Of a stretch of DNA of 64,000 nt, positions 35,786 through 45,276 are shown piece by piece. The position numbers and the translations under genes were made by a program. The notes under the pieces were generated by a model that saw nothing but the letters and a program-made list of their open reading frames with translations, searched no databases and was not told where the DNA came from. Source of the stretch: Candidatus Levyibacteriota bacterium (GTDB lineage: Bacteria > Patescibacteriota > Microgenomatia > Levybacterales > UBA12049); contig JACPLF010000006.1 of assembly GCA_016186645.1 (NCBI GenBank), forward strand, positions 124,808 through 188,807, read 5' to 3'. Every line of letters starts with the position of its first letter. Position 1 is the first letter of the stretch.

Positions 35786-36893
35786 ACGCAGGGGAAAGAA
35801 AATAACGTATAAATCATCAGGAGTTAATTATCAGGATTTGGATCCTGTGAAAAAACTTGCGCAAAAGGGAGCTTTAAAAACTGCGAGAAATCTTAGGAAA
35901 AACGGATATAAAGAAATTTCTGAGAGCCGAGGAGAATCTGCATTTGTTTGGCAGCAAGGTAATTTTTTGATGGCATCTGTCATTGAAGGACTTGGAACGA
36001 AAAATCTTGTTGCAGATATAACAGCGCAAATTACCGGCAAATCTTATTACGATATTATTGGCCACGATACTGTTGCAACAATAATAAATGATCTGATTGC
36101 TGTCGGAGCAAAACCGTTGACTATAAGTGCGTATTGGGCGGTAGGCCAAAGCGATTGGTTTAAGAATAAAAAAAGGACAAAAGATTTAATAAGGGGATGG
36201 AAAAGAGCATGCAATCTGGCGGGTGTTACGTGGGGCGGCGGAGAAACGCCAACTCTAAAAGGAATAATTCGGGAAGAATCAATAGATCTGGGAGGGTCTG
36301 CGATTGGAATTATTTCTCTAAAGAAAAATCTTATTACGGATAAAAAATTAAAAATTGGCGATAGAATAATACTTTTAAGAAGCAATGGAATAAATGCAAA
36401 TGGATTGTCATTGGCCCGAGCGCTTGCAAAAAATTTACCAAAAGGTTATGCAACAAAACTTCCAAGTGGAAAAATTTATGGAGAAGCGCTTCTTGCAAAA
36501 ACAAATATTTATGCAAAATTAATACAGGATTTGCTAAATGCAGGAATTGACATTCACTATATTTCAAACATAACAGGACATGGACTGCGAAAAATAATGC
36601 GGGCTCGTTTAAATTTTACTTATATAATTGAAAAAATATTTAATCCTCAAGAAATATTTTTATTTATCCAAAAGCACGCAAATTTATCCTCTTACGAAAT
36701 GTATCAAACATTCAATATGGGAATGGATTATGCTTTATTTATTCCTAAAAAAGATATTGAAAAAGCACAAAAAATTATAACTAAAAATAAATTGGAAAGT
36801 ATAGATGCCGGACGAGTTGAGGAAGGAAAAAAACAAGTTGTGATAAAACCAAAAAACATTATTTTTAATGCAGAGACATTGGGAGTTAGATAA
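35778..36893 (+). CDS. purM: phosphoribosylformylglycinamidine cyclo-ligase (AIR synthase) PurM-like
   Basis: Collinear PurM motifs (YKSSGVNYQDL, IEGLGTKNL, GGGETPTLKG, NITGHGLRK and MYQTFNMGMDY). ATG overlaps the purN stop (ATGGATAA). Confidence 0.75.
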   Translation: MDKRRGKKITYKSSGVNYQDLDPVKKLAQKGALKTARNLRKNGYKEISESRGESAFVWQQGNFLMASVIEGLGTKNLVADITAQITGKSYYDIIGHDTVATIINDLIAVGAKPLTISAYWAVGQSDWFKNKKRTKDLIRGWKRACNLAGVTWGGGETPTLKGIIREESIDLGGSAIGIISLKKNLITDKKLKIGDRIILLRSNGINANGLSLARALAKNLPKGYATKLPSGKIYGEALLAKTNIYAKLIQDLLNAGIDIHYISNITGHGLRKIMRARLNFTYIIEKIFNPQEIFLFIQKHANLSSYEMYQTFNMGMDYALFIPKKDIEKAQKIITKNKLESIDAGRVEEGKKQVVIKPKNIIFNAETLGVR

Positions 36894-36949
36894 ATTGTTC
36901 CATTGACTTTTGGAAAACAGGATGTTAGGATAAGTTGATTCCTTAATAT

Positions 36950-38062
36950 ATGTTAATAAAGCCTCAAACAACAAATTTCGCAAAGATTAGGGTCATGGGG
37001 ATTGGCGGAGGGGGAATGAATGCCCTTAACTCTATGATTACCTCAAGCGAAGTCAAGGGTGTAGATTTTATTTCAGTTAATACAGATGCGCAGGTTCTTC
37101 TTTTATCCAAAGCCCAAACAAAAATCCAAATAGGTGAAAATTTGACAAAAGGACTAGGAAGCGGGGGAAATCCGGATATAGGACGTCAGGCTGCAGAAGA
37201 ATCTTACGAAAAAATAAAGGAATTTATTGATGGATCGGACATGGTTTTTATAACTGCGGGTATGGGAGGCGGAACAGGAACCGGATCAAGTTCTGTTATT
37301 GCTAGAGCGGCAAAAGAAATCGGAGCTCTGACAGTTGCAGTCGTCACCAAGCCTTTCGCTTTTGAAGGAACCAGAAGAATGGTGGCAGCAGAAGATGGAA
37401 TAGAGGAGCTTCGGGAAAAAGTCGATACATTAATCGTTATTCCAAATCAGAGAATTTTGGATGTTGTTGATAAGAAAGTTTCTCTTCTTGAAGCTTTTAG
37501 AATTGCAGATTCCGTATTAACTCAAGGAGTACAGGGAATTTCGGATTTAATTACCATTCCGGGCCTAATCAATGTTGATTTTGCTGATGTAAAAGCAATT
37601 ATGAGTTCTGCTGGATCAGCTCTTATGGGAATTGGAACCGGATCTGGGGAAAATAGAGCACAAATTGCAGCAAGATCGGCAATCGCATCTCCTCTTTTGG
37701 AAATTTCTATGGATGGAGCGCGCGGAGTCTTGTTTAATATTACCGGAGGACCTGATTTGACAATGACAGAGGTTGATGACGCAGCCAAAATTATTTCAGC
37801 AGCAGCAGATCCGGATGCGAATATTATTTTCGGCGCCACAATTGATGAGGCAATGCATGACCAGATAAAAATTGCAGTTATCGCAACCGGATTTGATCAC
37901 ACCCGCCAAACTCTCAAAGAATTTGTAAAGCCAATTGTGAATATGGCACCCTTGAAGATTGAAGTTAAAGATAGCCAAGAGCCAACGCCACAGGAGCCTC
38001 CTCAGGAGGACAATAACGACGACGCCTGGGACATTCCCGCTTTTTTGAGGCAGAGGAATTAA
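36950..38062 (+). CDS. ftsZ: cell division protein FtsZ
   Basis: Tubulin signature GGGTGTG, N-terminal [14 protein letters not shown] and C-terminal conserved peptide [10 protein letters not shown]. Confidence 0.9.
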   Translation: MLIKPQTTNFAKIRVMGIGGGGMNALNSMITSSEVKGVDFISVNTDAQVLLLSKAQTKIQIGENLTKGLGSGGNPDIGRQAAEESYEKIKEFIDGSDMVFITAGMGGGTGTGSSSVIARAAKEIGALTVAVVTKPFAFEGTRRMVAAEDGIEELREKVDTLIVIPNQRILDVVDKKVSLLEAFRIADSVLTQGVQGISDLITIPGLINVDFADVKAIMSSAGSALMGIGTGSGENRAQIAARSAIASPLLEISMDGARGVLFNITGGPDLTMTEVDDAAKIISAAADPDANIIFGATIDEAMHDQIKIAVIATGFDHTRQTLKEFVKPIVNMAPLKIEVKDSQEPTPQEPPQEDNNDDAWDIPAFLRQRN

Positions 38063-38073
38063 TCAAAAAAGGG
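38036..38073. repeat. ftsZ 3'-end sequence (copy Z0) CCCGCTTTTTTGAGGCAGAGGAATTAATCAAAAAAGGG
   Basis: Direct repeat family with copies at 39776-39815, 39834-39865 and 40492-40522. Confidence 0.6.
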
Positions 38074-38152
38074 ACTTCGCTTCGGCTACAGCCCGCATTC
38101 TTAAGCTATTGACTTGTTACATTCTTCTGTGGTATAGTATAAATACTAAATC

Positions 38153-38193
38153 GCCCTGTGAGGTCGTAAGACATTTGCAGGGCTTTATTTTTT
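38153..38193 (+). terminator. rho-independent terminator downstream of ftsZ (GCCCTG-19 nt-CAGGGC + TTTATTTTTT)
   Basis: 6-bp GC-rich stem followed by a 10-nt T-rich tract. Confidence 0.55.
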
Positions 38194-38209
38194 GCTGTAA
38201 TATCAACAT

Positions 38210-38746
38210 GTGAAGCAAAAATGTATAATTCTAATCGATGGAAGTAACTTTTATTTCAAGCTTAAAGATTTAGACCTACACAATCTTTTATCTTTTGACT
38301 TCAGTCTTTTCATTCAGCTTATTGCCAGGTCTTGCAAAGTTGTAAATGCATGTTACTATGTTGGCCGAATTAGACAAGATGGAAGCAGTAAAACCAATAA
38401 ACTTTTTGATAGCCAACAAAAATTGCTTGGTAATCTTAAGAAGCATAGTATTTCATATCAGTTTGGTTACTTATTAAAAAGCGGAGGAGCGTATCATGAA
38501 AAAGGTGTTGATGTACAGATTGCAGTAGATATGTTGGTTTCTGCTTACGAAAATGTTGCGGATCGGATTATTCTTGTCTCTTCCGATACTGATTTAGCGC
38601 CTGCAATCAAAAAGGTGCGTGAAAAAGGGAAAATCGTAGAATACATAGGATTTTCCCACAAACCGAGTGTCGCAATGGTTAGTTTTTGTTCGGAATCAAC
38701 ATTATTAAAAAAAGAGGATTTACTACCTTTTATCAAATCTAAATAA
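38210..38746 (+). CDS. NYN/LabA-like (PIN-fold) domain protein
   Basis: CIILIDGSNF start, KGVDVQIAVDM and ILVSSDTDLAPAI motifs typical of LabA/NYN domains. Confidence 0.6.
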   Translation: MKQKCIILIDGSNFYFKLKDLDLHNLLSFDFSLFIQLIARSCKVVNACYYVGRIRQDGSSKTNKLFDSQQKLLGNLKKHSISYQFGYLLKSGGAYHEKGVDVQIAVDMLVSAYENVADRIILVSSDTDLAPAIKKVREKGKIVEYIGFSHKPSVAMVSFCSESTLLKKEDLLPFIKSK

Positions 38747-38847
38747 ATAATCCCTTAGCCTCAAAACCGCGTCGTAATATAGTCATTGTGCGACATGAAT
38801 TTTGTAGTATATAAAAATAAAATATGAAAATGATATAATTCTTAGGA

Positions 38848-39624
38848 ATGAAGAACGACCTTAAAAAACATAACAGTCTTATCCTTCCTACGCCTCAAGA
38901 GCTCAAAAGAATAAGCGTATCTGACAAACGAGCTGCGGTTGCAAAAATCATAGATATTGTTGGAGGTCTATTTCAATATAATACGAAAGAGTGGATTAAG
39001 ACTGGTGGAAATCTCATCTCTGCATGGTTATCTAACGACCTTGGAGGTGAGGCAAGATTTCAAATGCAAAAGTTGCTTGAAACAGGAAAGTCAAAGAAAG
39101 AAGCCTATGAGACAAGAGAGGGATGGACAAACATTTCTGATGTATTTGGTTATCTCTATTCGGACAAAGCACCGAATGCGGTAGTATTTAATGCACTAAA
39201 GGCAATTCAAATTTCAACAACTGAAAGTACTCCAAGCGAAACGGAATTATTGAAGGCAAATTCGTTCATAAGAATAGTGAAATCGCTAAATCCTGATGAT
39301 ATTCGAGTAATGTTTGCAGCTTATGAGCTCTACAAAAAATACAAAAAAGGGGAATCCTCGAAGATTTCCACTTTTCAGGATTGGTATATTGCTATTTCTG
39401 ATATGGTTAATTTGCCAATAGACAGTGTGGTTGATACGAGGATGAAATATGACTCTGCAGTGAATGGCTTTGCGGGTACATCACTCTTCGGATTATCAGA
39501 ACCTTCCTCATCTACAGTCGGAATGCCAAACGCTGGTTTAAACGCTTTGTCCATTGGAATATGTGAAATGGTGGAAAAGGGAAATGAGATGCTACTGTCA
39601 ATTGATGTAGAAGAAGAAAAATAA
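38848..39624 (+). CDS. hypothetical protein (258 aa)
   Basis: ORF only. No motif recognised. Confidence 0.4.
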   Translation: MKNDLKKHNSLILPTPQELKRISVSDKRAAVAKIIDIVGGLFQYNTKEWIKTGGNLISAWLSNDLGGEARFQMQKLLETGKSKKEAYETREGWTNISDVFGYLYSDKAPNAVVFNALKAIQISTTESTPSETELLKANSFIRIVKSLNPDDIRVMFAAYELYKKYKKGESSKISTFQDWYIAISDMVNLPIDSVVDTRMKYDSAVNGFAGTSLFGLSEPSSSTVGMPNAGLNALSIGICEMVEKGNEMLLSIDVEEEK

Positions 39625-39775
39625 GCATGAGTTCGTATATGCTTCAAGTCTTTAATTTTTAATTGACTTCTTTCTGTCAAACTGTTAAATTCTATTTGAA
39701 GACTTAAAAAGGTAAACACTTCAATCGGGTGCTTTTTAAGATTGTAGCTTCAAAAGTAGGGAATGACTTATAAAT

Positions 39776-39815
39776 CCCCGCTTTTTTGAGACAAAGAAAT
39801 TAGTCAAAAAAGTGG
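39776..39815. repeat. ftsZ 3'-end-like direct repeat copy Z1
   Basis: CCCCGCTTTTTTGAGACAAAGAAATTAGTCAAAAAAGTGG, about 34/40 identical to Z0. Confidence 0.6.
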
Positions 39816-40480
39816 ACGTCGCTGCTGCTCCAGCCCGCCTTTCTAAGACAGAGGAATTAAATTTCATTTGGATCTTGACTTTTTCAATTCTGGTTGCTAG
39901 AATGAGCCAAATGAATAGACAAGAAACCGAATATTCAGAACCATTAGTTCATGCTGAAAGCCTAAGTACATTGGAACGTGAAACTGCCAGCGAGTTTGGC
40001 GCAATGGTAGATGGATTATTGAGAGATGCGCCGAATGTTGCCGTTCAAGGAAGATATGCGCATGATAAACCGTCCATAAACAAGGGTATAGAATTCGAAT
40101 TCGGAAATAGCACTGTAAAAGCCTCGTTTTTTGAAAGCTTTGGATCACCCCCCGCTTATCGTCTTGAAATCATAACTCCTATTATTGTTGACAATTTGCA
40201 ACACGATTCAAATTCAAGGTTAGGATTATCTCCTCTAAATCCGCATGAATTTGTCGAATTTAGAGGAGATCCTCAAGCTGGGTCGGTTTCTGTGCGGGTA
40301 CGAGCAGTCGATCAGTTAGATCATTCTGGTAACGAAATGACCCTTACTAGATATACTGCAGGAGGTCTACTGCCGCCAATTAATACTTTAGGAGAAGGTA
40401 AAATCGAAGCATTCGAGAGCGTAATTAAGTTATTTAAGAATGTAGTTCCTCAGAACCCAGTTTATAGAAAACGATTCTAG
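39812..40480 (+). CDS. hypothetical protein; the real start is probably the internal Met at about 39901 (MSQMNRQ...)
   Basis: The track ORF N-terminus overlaps repeat Z2. No motif recognised. Confidence 0.4.
   Translation: MDVAAAPARLSKTEELNFIWILTFSILVARMSQMNRQETEYSEPLVHAESLSTLERETASEFGAMVDGLLRDAPNVAVQGRYAHDKPSINKGIEFEFGNSTVKASFFESFGSPPAYRLEIITPIIVDNLQHDSNSRLGLSPLNPHEFVEFRGDPQAGSVSVRVRAVDQLDHSGNEMTLTRYTAGGLLPPINTLGEGKIEAFESVIKLFKNVVPQNPVYRKRF
39834..39865. repeat. ftsZ 3'-end-like direct repeat copy Z2
   Basis: CCCGCCTTTCTAAGACAGAGGAATTAAATTTC, in tandem with Z1. Confidence 0.55.
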
Positions 40481-40491
40481 CTACTTGCAAA

Positions 40492-40522
40492 TGCCGCATT
40501 TTTAAGACAGAGGAATTAGAAG
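40492..40522. repeat. ftsZ 3'-end-like direct repeat copy Z3
   Basis: TGCCGCATTTTTAAGACAGAGGAATTAGAAG. Confidence 0.55.
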
Positions 40523-41127
40523 CCGAGCTTTTCTTTGACGAGGATTAAAGTTAATCTGTTTGGAGAAATTTCTTTATTTATTATTAAAAGCTTGCTTACA
40601 TTACTTTCAACTCCATAAATTTTTCTTAATCTTTTCGATTCAAGAGGCAAAACATATTCATAAATTCTCTTCAAACCTTCATCCAAATGTGCAACTATTT
40701 TTTGAGTACCGACAATCCAAATAACATGAGAAGCTGCATAAGCATATGCAGGCAATTGGCTTCCTGTATTTGAAGCAATTATTACTTTTCCATCTTCTGT
40801 CACAGCGTGTATGCTCCCAACAGCGTATTCTGGTGCAGTTCCGATCCTCTGCATTTCTCTGTCTTGAGTTGCCCGATACATTTTTGAAAGTTTATTCTTG
40901 ACAGAGTCATATTTGCCCGATTCATTTATCTCCTTGGGAAGGCCTAAAGTATCAATGGTAACAGAACTCATATTCATTACTTCAGCTCCCTGAGGTAATA
41001 ATTCTAACACTTTATTTTTCGCTTCAATTCCATTATCAACAACAAGCGCGTCAATCCCATTAGCTTTTAAATTTTCAATAGTTTTTGCGATTGATTCATC
41101 GTCGGCCAATTCACTCCAATTTTTCAT
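40516..41127 (-). CDS. LUD (lactate-utilisation, LutC/YkgG-like) domain protein
   Basis: VGSIHAVTEDGKVIIASNTGSQLPAYAYAASHVIWIVGTQKIV matches the LUD-domain core. 203 aa. Confidence 0.55.
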   Translation of the reverse strand: MKNWSELADDESIAKTIENLKANGIDALVVDNGIEAKNKVLELLPQGAEVMNMSSVTIDTLGLPKEINESGKYDSVKNKLSKMYRATQDREMQRIGTAPEYAVGSIHAVTEDGKVIIASNTGSQLPAYAYAASHVIWIVGTQKIVAHLDEGLKRIYEYVLPLESKRLRKIYGVESNVSKLLIINKEISPNRLTLILVKEKLGF

Positions 41128-41147
41128 AATCTAAGTATATCACGTTC

Positions 41148-41176
41148 TTGATACAGTATAGCTTTTAAGCTACAAT
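41148..41176 (+). promoter_or_regulatory. sigma70-like promoter TTGATA-17-TACAAT upstream of ileS
   Basis: Seen directly. Divergent from the LUD gene. Confidence 0.4.
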
Positions 41177-41228
41177 TAAATCTATGTTCACCCCGTTACA
41201 GATACGGGGAAGTTTTATTGTTTTGTTT

Positions 41229-44180
41229 ATGAAAAAAGATAAATCTGTAACGGGGTTCAAGCCTGTAAATCCCAAAGTTGATTTTCCAAAATTGGAGAGA
41301 GATCTTCTTGAAAAATGGTACAAAAGCGGAATTGTTGATAAATATTTAAAGAAAAATAGCTCTTCGAAAGAAAAGTTTTCTTTTCTAGATGGTCCAATAA
41401 CTGCAAATAATCCAATGGGCGTTCATCATGCATGGGGAAGAACATATAAAGATTTTTGGCAAAGATTTTGGAATATGAATGGAAAAAAACAAAGATTTCA
41501 GAACGGATTTGACGAGCAAGGACTTTGGGTGGAAGTAGAAGTAGAAAAAGAATTAGCACTCAGAAATAAAAAAGAAATAGAAAATCTTATTCCCGGCGAC
41601 AAATTCAAGAGCTTGGAAAAATTTATTAATCTTTGCAAGGAGAGGGTAAAAAAATTTTCTGCGATCCAAACGGAACAATCAAAAAGACTTGGGTATTTTA
41701 TGGATTGGAACAATTCTTACCATACTTCTTCTGATGCAAATAATTACGCAATTTGGAATTTCCTAAAAGTTGTCAATGAGAAAGGTTGGTTGTACAAAGG
41801 ACATGATACAGTTCCTTGGTGTCCAAGGTGTGGAACTGCAATCTCTCAGCACGAAATTCTAACTGAAGATTATAGGGTTGTTAATCACGAAACCGTCTTA
41901 TTTAAATTACCTGTTTTGAATGAAGATTATAGTTTGCTTGTTTGGACAACAACCCCATGGACGATTCCAGCAAACGTCTCTGTGGCTGTTAACCCAAAGT
42001 TTAAATATAGAGTCTGGGAATATAAGGGTGAAAAGCTAATCATTGTTTCTCCAGATGAAATAAGAAAAAAAGGAAAAAGTTCGGAATATGATACTGAGCA
42101 ATTTCAGTGGTACGAAGACAATATAATCAAGGCAGGTTTTGAACATAAAGGAGGAGTTGACGATATTGACGGTAAAGACTTAGTCGGTAAAAAATATAAA
42201 GGTCCATTTGATTCTCTCGCTAGGGTTGAAAAGGCTAAGCTTGAAAACCCCGAGACTTTCCACGTTATTGTTGCTGCAGAAGACTTGGTAGTTGGAAATA
42301 AAGGAACTGGATTGCTTCATCTGGCTCCTGCGGCTGGGGAGGAAGACTTTAAAATTGCTAAGGATAAAAAGTTATCAATAATTGAAGTTATAGATGAAGA
42401 AGCAAATTATTTAAATGATATGGGCGAATTCAGTGGAAGAAACGCCAAGAAACATCCAGAAATAATTGTGGATTTCTTGAAGAATAAGGAGGATGGCAAA
42501 TTTCTCCATGCAACACCCAAAATTGAGCATCGTTATCCAATTTGTTGGAGATGTAAAAAGGAGCTTGTTTGGAGAGTAGTTGATGAATGGTATATAGCAA
42601 TGGACCGCCCTTCGCTTAAAGCTTCGGACGGCAAATCAACCTTCAGAGAAATGATGATAGGAGTTGCAAGAAAAATCACTTGGATGCCGGATTGGGGATT
42701 AGATCGTGAGTTGGATTGGCTCAAGAATATGCACGATTGGCTTATTAGTAAAAAAAGATATTGGGGACTAGCTTTACCCATTTGGGAATGCAATAAATGT
42801 GGAAATTTTGAAGTAATTGGCTCAAAAGATGATTTGAAAAATAAAGCTGTTGAAGGATGGAAAAAGTTTGAGGGCAATAGTCCACATAGGCCATGGGTGG
42901 ATCAAGTAAAAATTAAATGCAGTAAATGCGGTGAAAAAATTTCAAGAATTCCAGATGTGGGAAATCCTTGGCTTGACGCTGGAATTGTTCCCTTCTCAAC
43001 TTTGCCAAATGAATGGTTCCCGGCAGATTTTATTACGGAAAGTTTTCCGGGACAATTTAAGAATTGGTTTTACTCTTTAATTGCAATGAGCACGGCACTA
43101 AAAAATACAAACTCTTTTGAGAGAGTGCTTGGGTTTGGATCTGTAAGAGATGAAAAAGGAGAAGAAATGCACAAGAGTAAAGGTAATTCCATTGAATTTA
43201 ATGAAGCGGCAGACAAGGCAGGAGTAGATGTTATGAGGTGGTTATATCTTAGAACAAATCCTGAGCATAATGTAAATTTTGGATACGGAGTCCTAGATGA
43301 ATTGAGACGCATGTTCGTTATAAAACTGTGGAATGTATATAGTTTTTTTGTGACTTACACGAATTTTTACAAATTTGATCCTTCCAAAATGGAATTTGAA
43401 TCCGAAAGCATTTTGGATAAGTGGATATTGTCTAGAATGAACGGAAGTATTTCAAATATAACTCGTTCTGTAGAAAAATACGATGCCATGGATGCAATGG
43501 GGTTGATAGAAATATTTATTGATGATCTTTCCAATTGGTATGTGAGGAGAAGTAGGGAAAGAGTTAAAGAAAATAGTCAAGATGCAAAGGATACTCTAAA
43601 GACTTTATGGACTGTATTAACTACTTATTCTAAAGTGCTTGCTCCGTTCGTGCCGTTTATGTCTGACGAAATTTTTACAAATCTTACAGCTGAGGAATCA
43701 GTTCACTTATCTGATTGGCCAAAGTCCAACTCAAAACTAATTGTGAATGAACTGGAAAAACAAATGGCCTGGGCCAGAGTTATATCTTCGGGAATTTTAG
43801 AGCTTCGTAAGTCTAACAATATCAAAGTTAGGATTCCGCTTCGTGAATTAAATTATAACGGACCAGTAGAATTATCAAAAGAAATCTTACAAATAGTCCT
43901 TGAAGAAACAAATGTCTATAAATTGAAGTACATTGGTAAAAAGGATGAATTTGGTTTGGGGGGCGATGTGGATGAGGAAAATCAAGATATTGATGCTGGG
44001 GAAGCAAGAGATATTGTTAGAAGAATTCAAGCCGAGAGAAAAACATTAGGTACGACATTTGATGAAAAAGTAAATGTAATTATTGAAAATTGGCCAAAAG
44101 AATTTGAAGAAGATATAAAGAAAAAAGCGATGGTCGGGAGTCTGCAAAAAGGTCCGAAATTCCTAGTTACTCGCAAATGA
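41229..44180 (+). CDS. ileS: isoleucine--tRNA ligase (type 2, Zn-finger containing)
   Basis: Class I motifs (PMGVHHAWG, KSKGN), editing domain and CxxC zinc knuckles (CPRCGT, CWRCKKEL). An alternative start lies at 41184. Confidence 0.9.
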   Translation: MKKDKSVTGFKPVNPKVDFPKLERDLLEKWYKSGIVDKYLKKNSSSKEKFSFLDGPITANNPMGVHHAWGRTYKDFWQRFWNMNGKKQRFQNGFDEQGLWVEVEVEKELALRNKKEIENLIPGDKFKSLEKFINLCKERVKKFSAIQTEQSKRLGYFMDWNNSYHTSSDANNYAIWNFLKVVNEKGWLYKGHDTVPWCPRCGTAISQHEILTEDYRVVNHETVLFKLPVLNEDYSLLVWTTTPWTIPANVSVAVNPKFKYRVWEYKGEKLIIVSPDEIRKKGKSSEYDTEQFQWYEDNIIKAGFEHKGGVDDIDGKDLVGKKYKGPFDSLARVEKAKLENPETFHVIVAAEDLVVGNKGTGLLHLAPAAGEEDFKIAKDKKLSIIEVIDEEANYLNDMGEFSGRNAKKHPEIIVDFLKNKEDGKFLHATPKIEHRYPICWRCKKELVWRVVDEWYIAMDRPSLKASDGKSTFREMMIGVARKITWMPDWGLDRELDWLKNMHDWLISKKRYWGLALPIWECNKCGNFEVIGSKDDLKNKAVEGWKKFEGNSPHRPWVDQVKIKCSKCGEKISRIPDVGNPWLDAGIVPFSTLPNEWFPADFITESFPGQFKNWFYSLIAMSTALKNTNSFERVLGFGSVRDEKGEEMHKSKGNSIEFNEAADKAGVDVMRWLYLRTNPEHNVNFGYGVLDELRRMFVIKLWNVYSFFVTYTNFYKFDPSKMEFESESILDKWILSRMNGSISNITRSVEKYDAMDAMGLIEIFIDDLSNWYVRRSRERVKENSQDAKDTLKTLWTVLTTYSKVLAPFVPFMSDEIFTNLTAEESVHLSDWPKSNSKLIVNELEKQMAWARVISSGILELRKSNNIKVRIPLRELNYNGPVELSKEILQIVLEETNVYKLKYIGKKDEFGLGGDVDEENQDIDAGEARDIVRRIQAERKTLGTTFDEKVNVIIENWPKEFEEDIKKKAMVGSLQKGPKFLVTRK

Positions 44181-45253
44181 AAAAGTCATTATTTAATATT
44201 GATTGGGGATTGATCGCTCCGGTGATTATTTTGATCATTTTAAGCCTCACCACTCTGTTTTCAGTAGATTTTTCTTTATTTAAAAGCCAGTTGACGTTTT
44301 TTATTCTTGGAATTTTTGCATTTATGTTTTTTTCTCAGACCAATTATAAAAGCATAAAAATATATTCAGCACCTATATACATAGTTTCTATTGTTTTATT
44401 GCTGATCGTTTTAATTGTAGGTTTGGAAACAAGGGGATCAGTTAGGTGGATAGAGCTTTTGGGTTTTAGGGTACAATTTTCGGAAATTCTCAAACCTTTT
44501 CTAGCGATTTCTCTTGCCTCGTATTTGTCTTCCGGAAATAATTACTCTCTAAGAACAGCATTCATAGCAACTTGTTTTTTGATGCCGATATTTTTTTTGG
44601 TATTCTTGCAGCCTGATTTGGGAAATGCCTTGATCTACTTCCTAGTCACTGCTTTAACTTTTCTCATCTTTGGTTTTCCTCTGAGAATCTTTCTCTCAGG
44701 AATAGTCATATTAACGATTCTGTCTCCTATAATCTGGAAATTTTTACATGATTACCAAAGACATCGCGTGCTTACTTTCTTGAATCCCAATGATCCATTG
44801 GGCTTGTCTTACAACGCTATTCAGTCGGTCATAGCAGTTGGATCGGGGATGCTTTTTGGACGTGGGTTGGGTTTGGGGACCCAGTCTGGTCTTCGGTTTC
44901 TTCCCGAAAGGCACACTGATTTTATTTTCGCAACATTGTCTGAGGAATTAGGCTTGATCGGGTCTACTTTGGTAGTTCTGACATTTGCATTTTTGTTGTA
45001 TAGAATTTTTGTAATTTTTATAAATCAAGAAGATTTATTTGGGAAAATATTTTCTATTGTGGCATTTTCGCTGATTTTTTTTCAATTCTTCGTAAATATC
45101 GGCATGAATATAGGCATTCTTCCAATAGTTGGAATTACTTTGCCTTTCGTATCCTATGGAGGAAGTTCTTTGCTTTCCAGCTTTATCCTCTTGGGAATAC
45201 TTTCCTCAATGAGTAGAGGGGATGCCTCGAAAAAAGTTCTGGAAATTAGATAA
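44177..45253 (+). CDS. rodA: SEDS family protein RodA-like (second FtsW/RodA paralogue)
   Basis: Polytopic SEDS fold motifs (LQPDLGNALIYF and DFIFATLSEELGLIG). Confidence 0.75.
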   Translation: MKKSLFNIDWGLIAPVIILIILSLTTLFSVDFSLFKSQLTFFILGIFAFMFFSQTNYKSIKIYSAPIYIVSIVLLLIVLIVGLETRGSVRWIELLGFRVQFSEILKPFLAISLASYLSSGNNYSLRTAFIATCFLMPIFFLVFLQPDLGNALIYFLVTALTFLIFGFPLRIFLSGIVILTILSPIIWKFLHDYQRHRVLTFLNPNDPLGLSYNAIQSVIAVGSGMLFGRGLGLGTQSGLRFLPERHTDFIFATLSEELGLIGSTLVVLTFAFLLYRIFVIFINQEDLFGKIFSIVAFSLIFFQFFVNIGMNIGILPIVGITLPFVSYGGSSLLSSFILLGILSSMSRGDASKKVLEIR

Positions 45254-45276
45254 GCTTTTTGCTATAATCTATCTTT

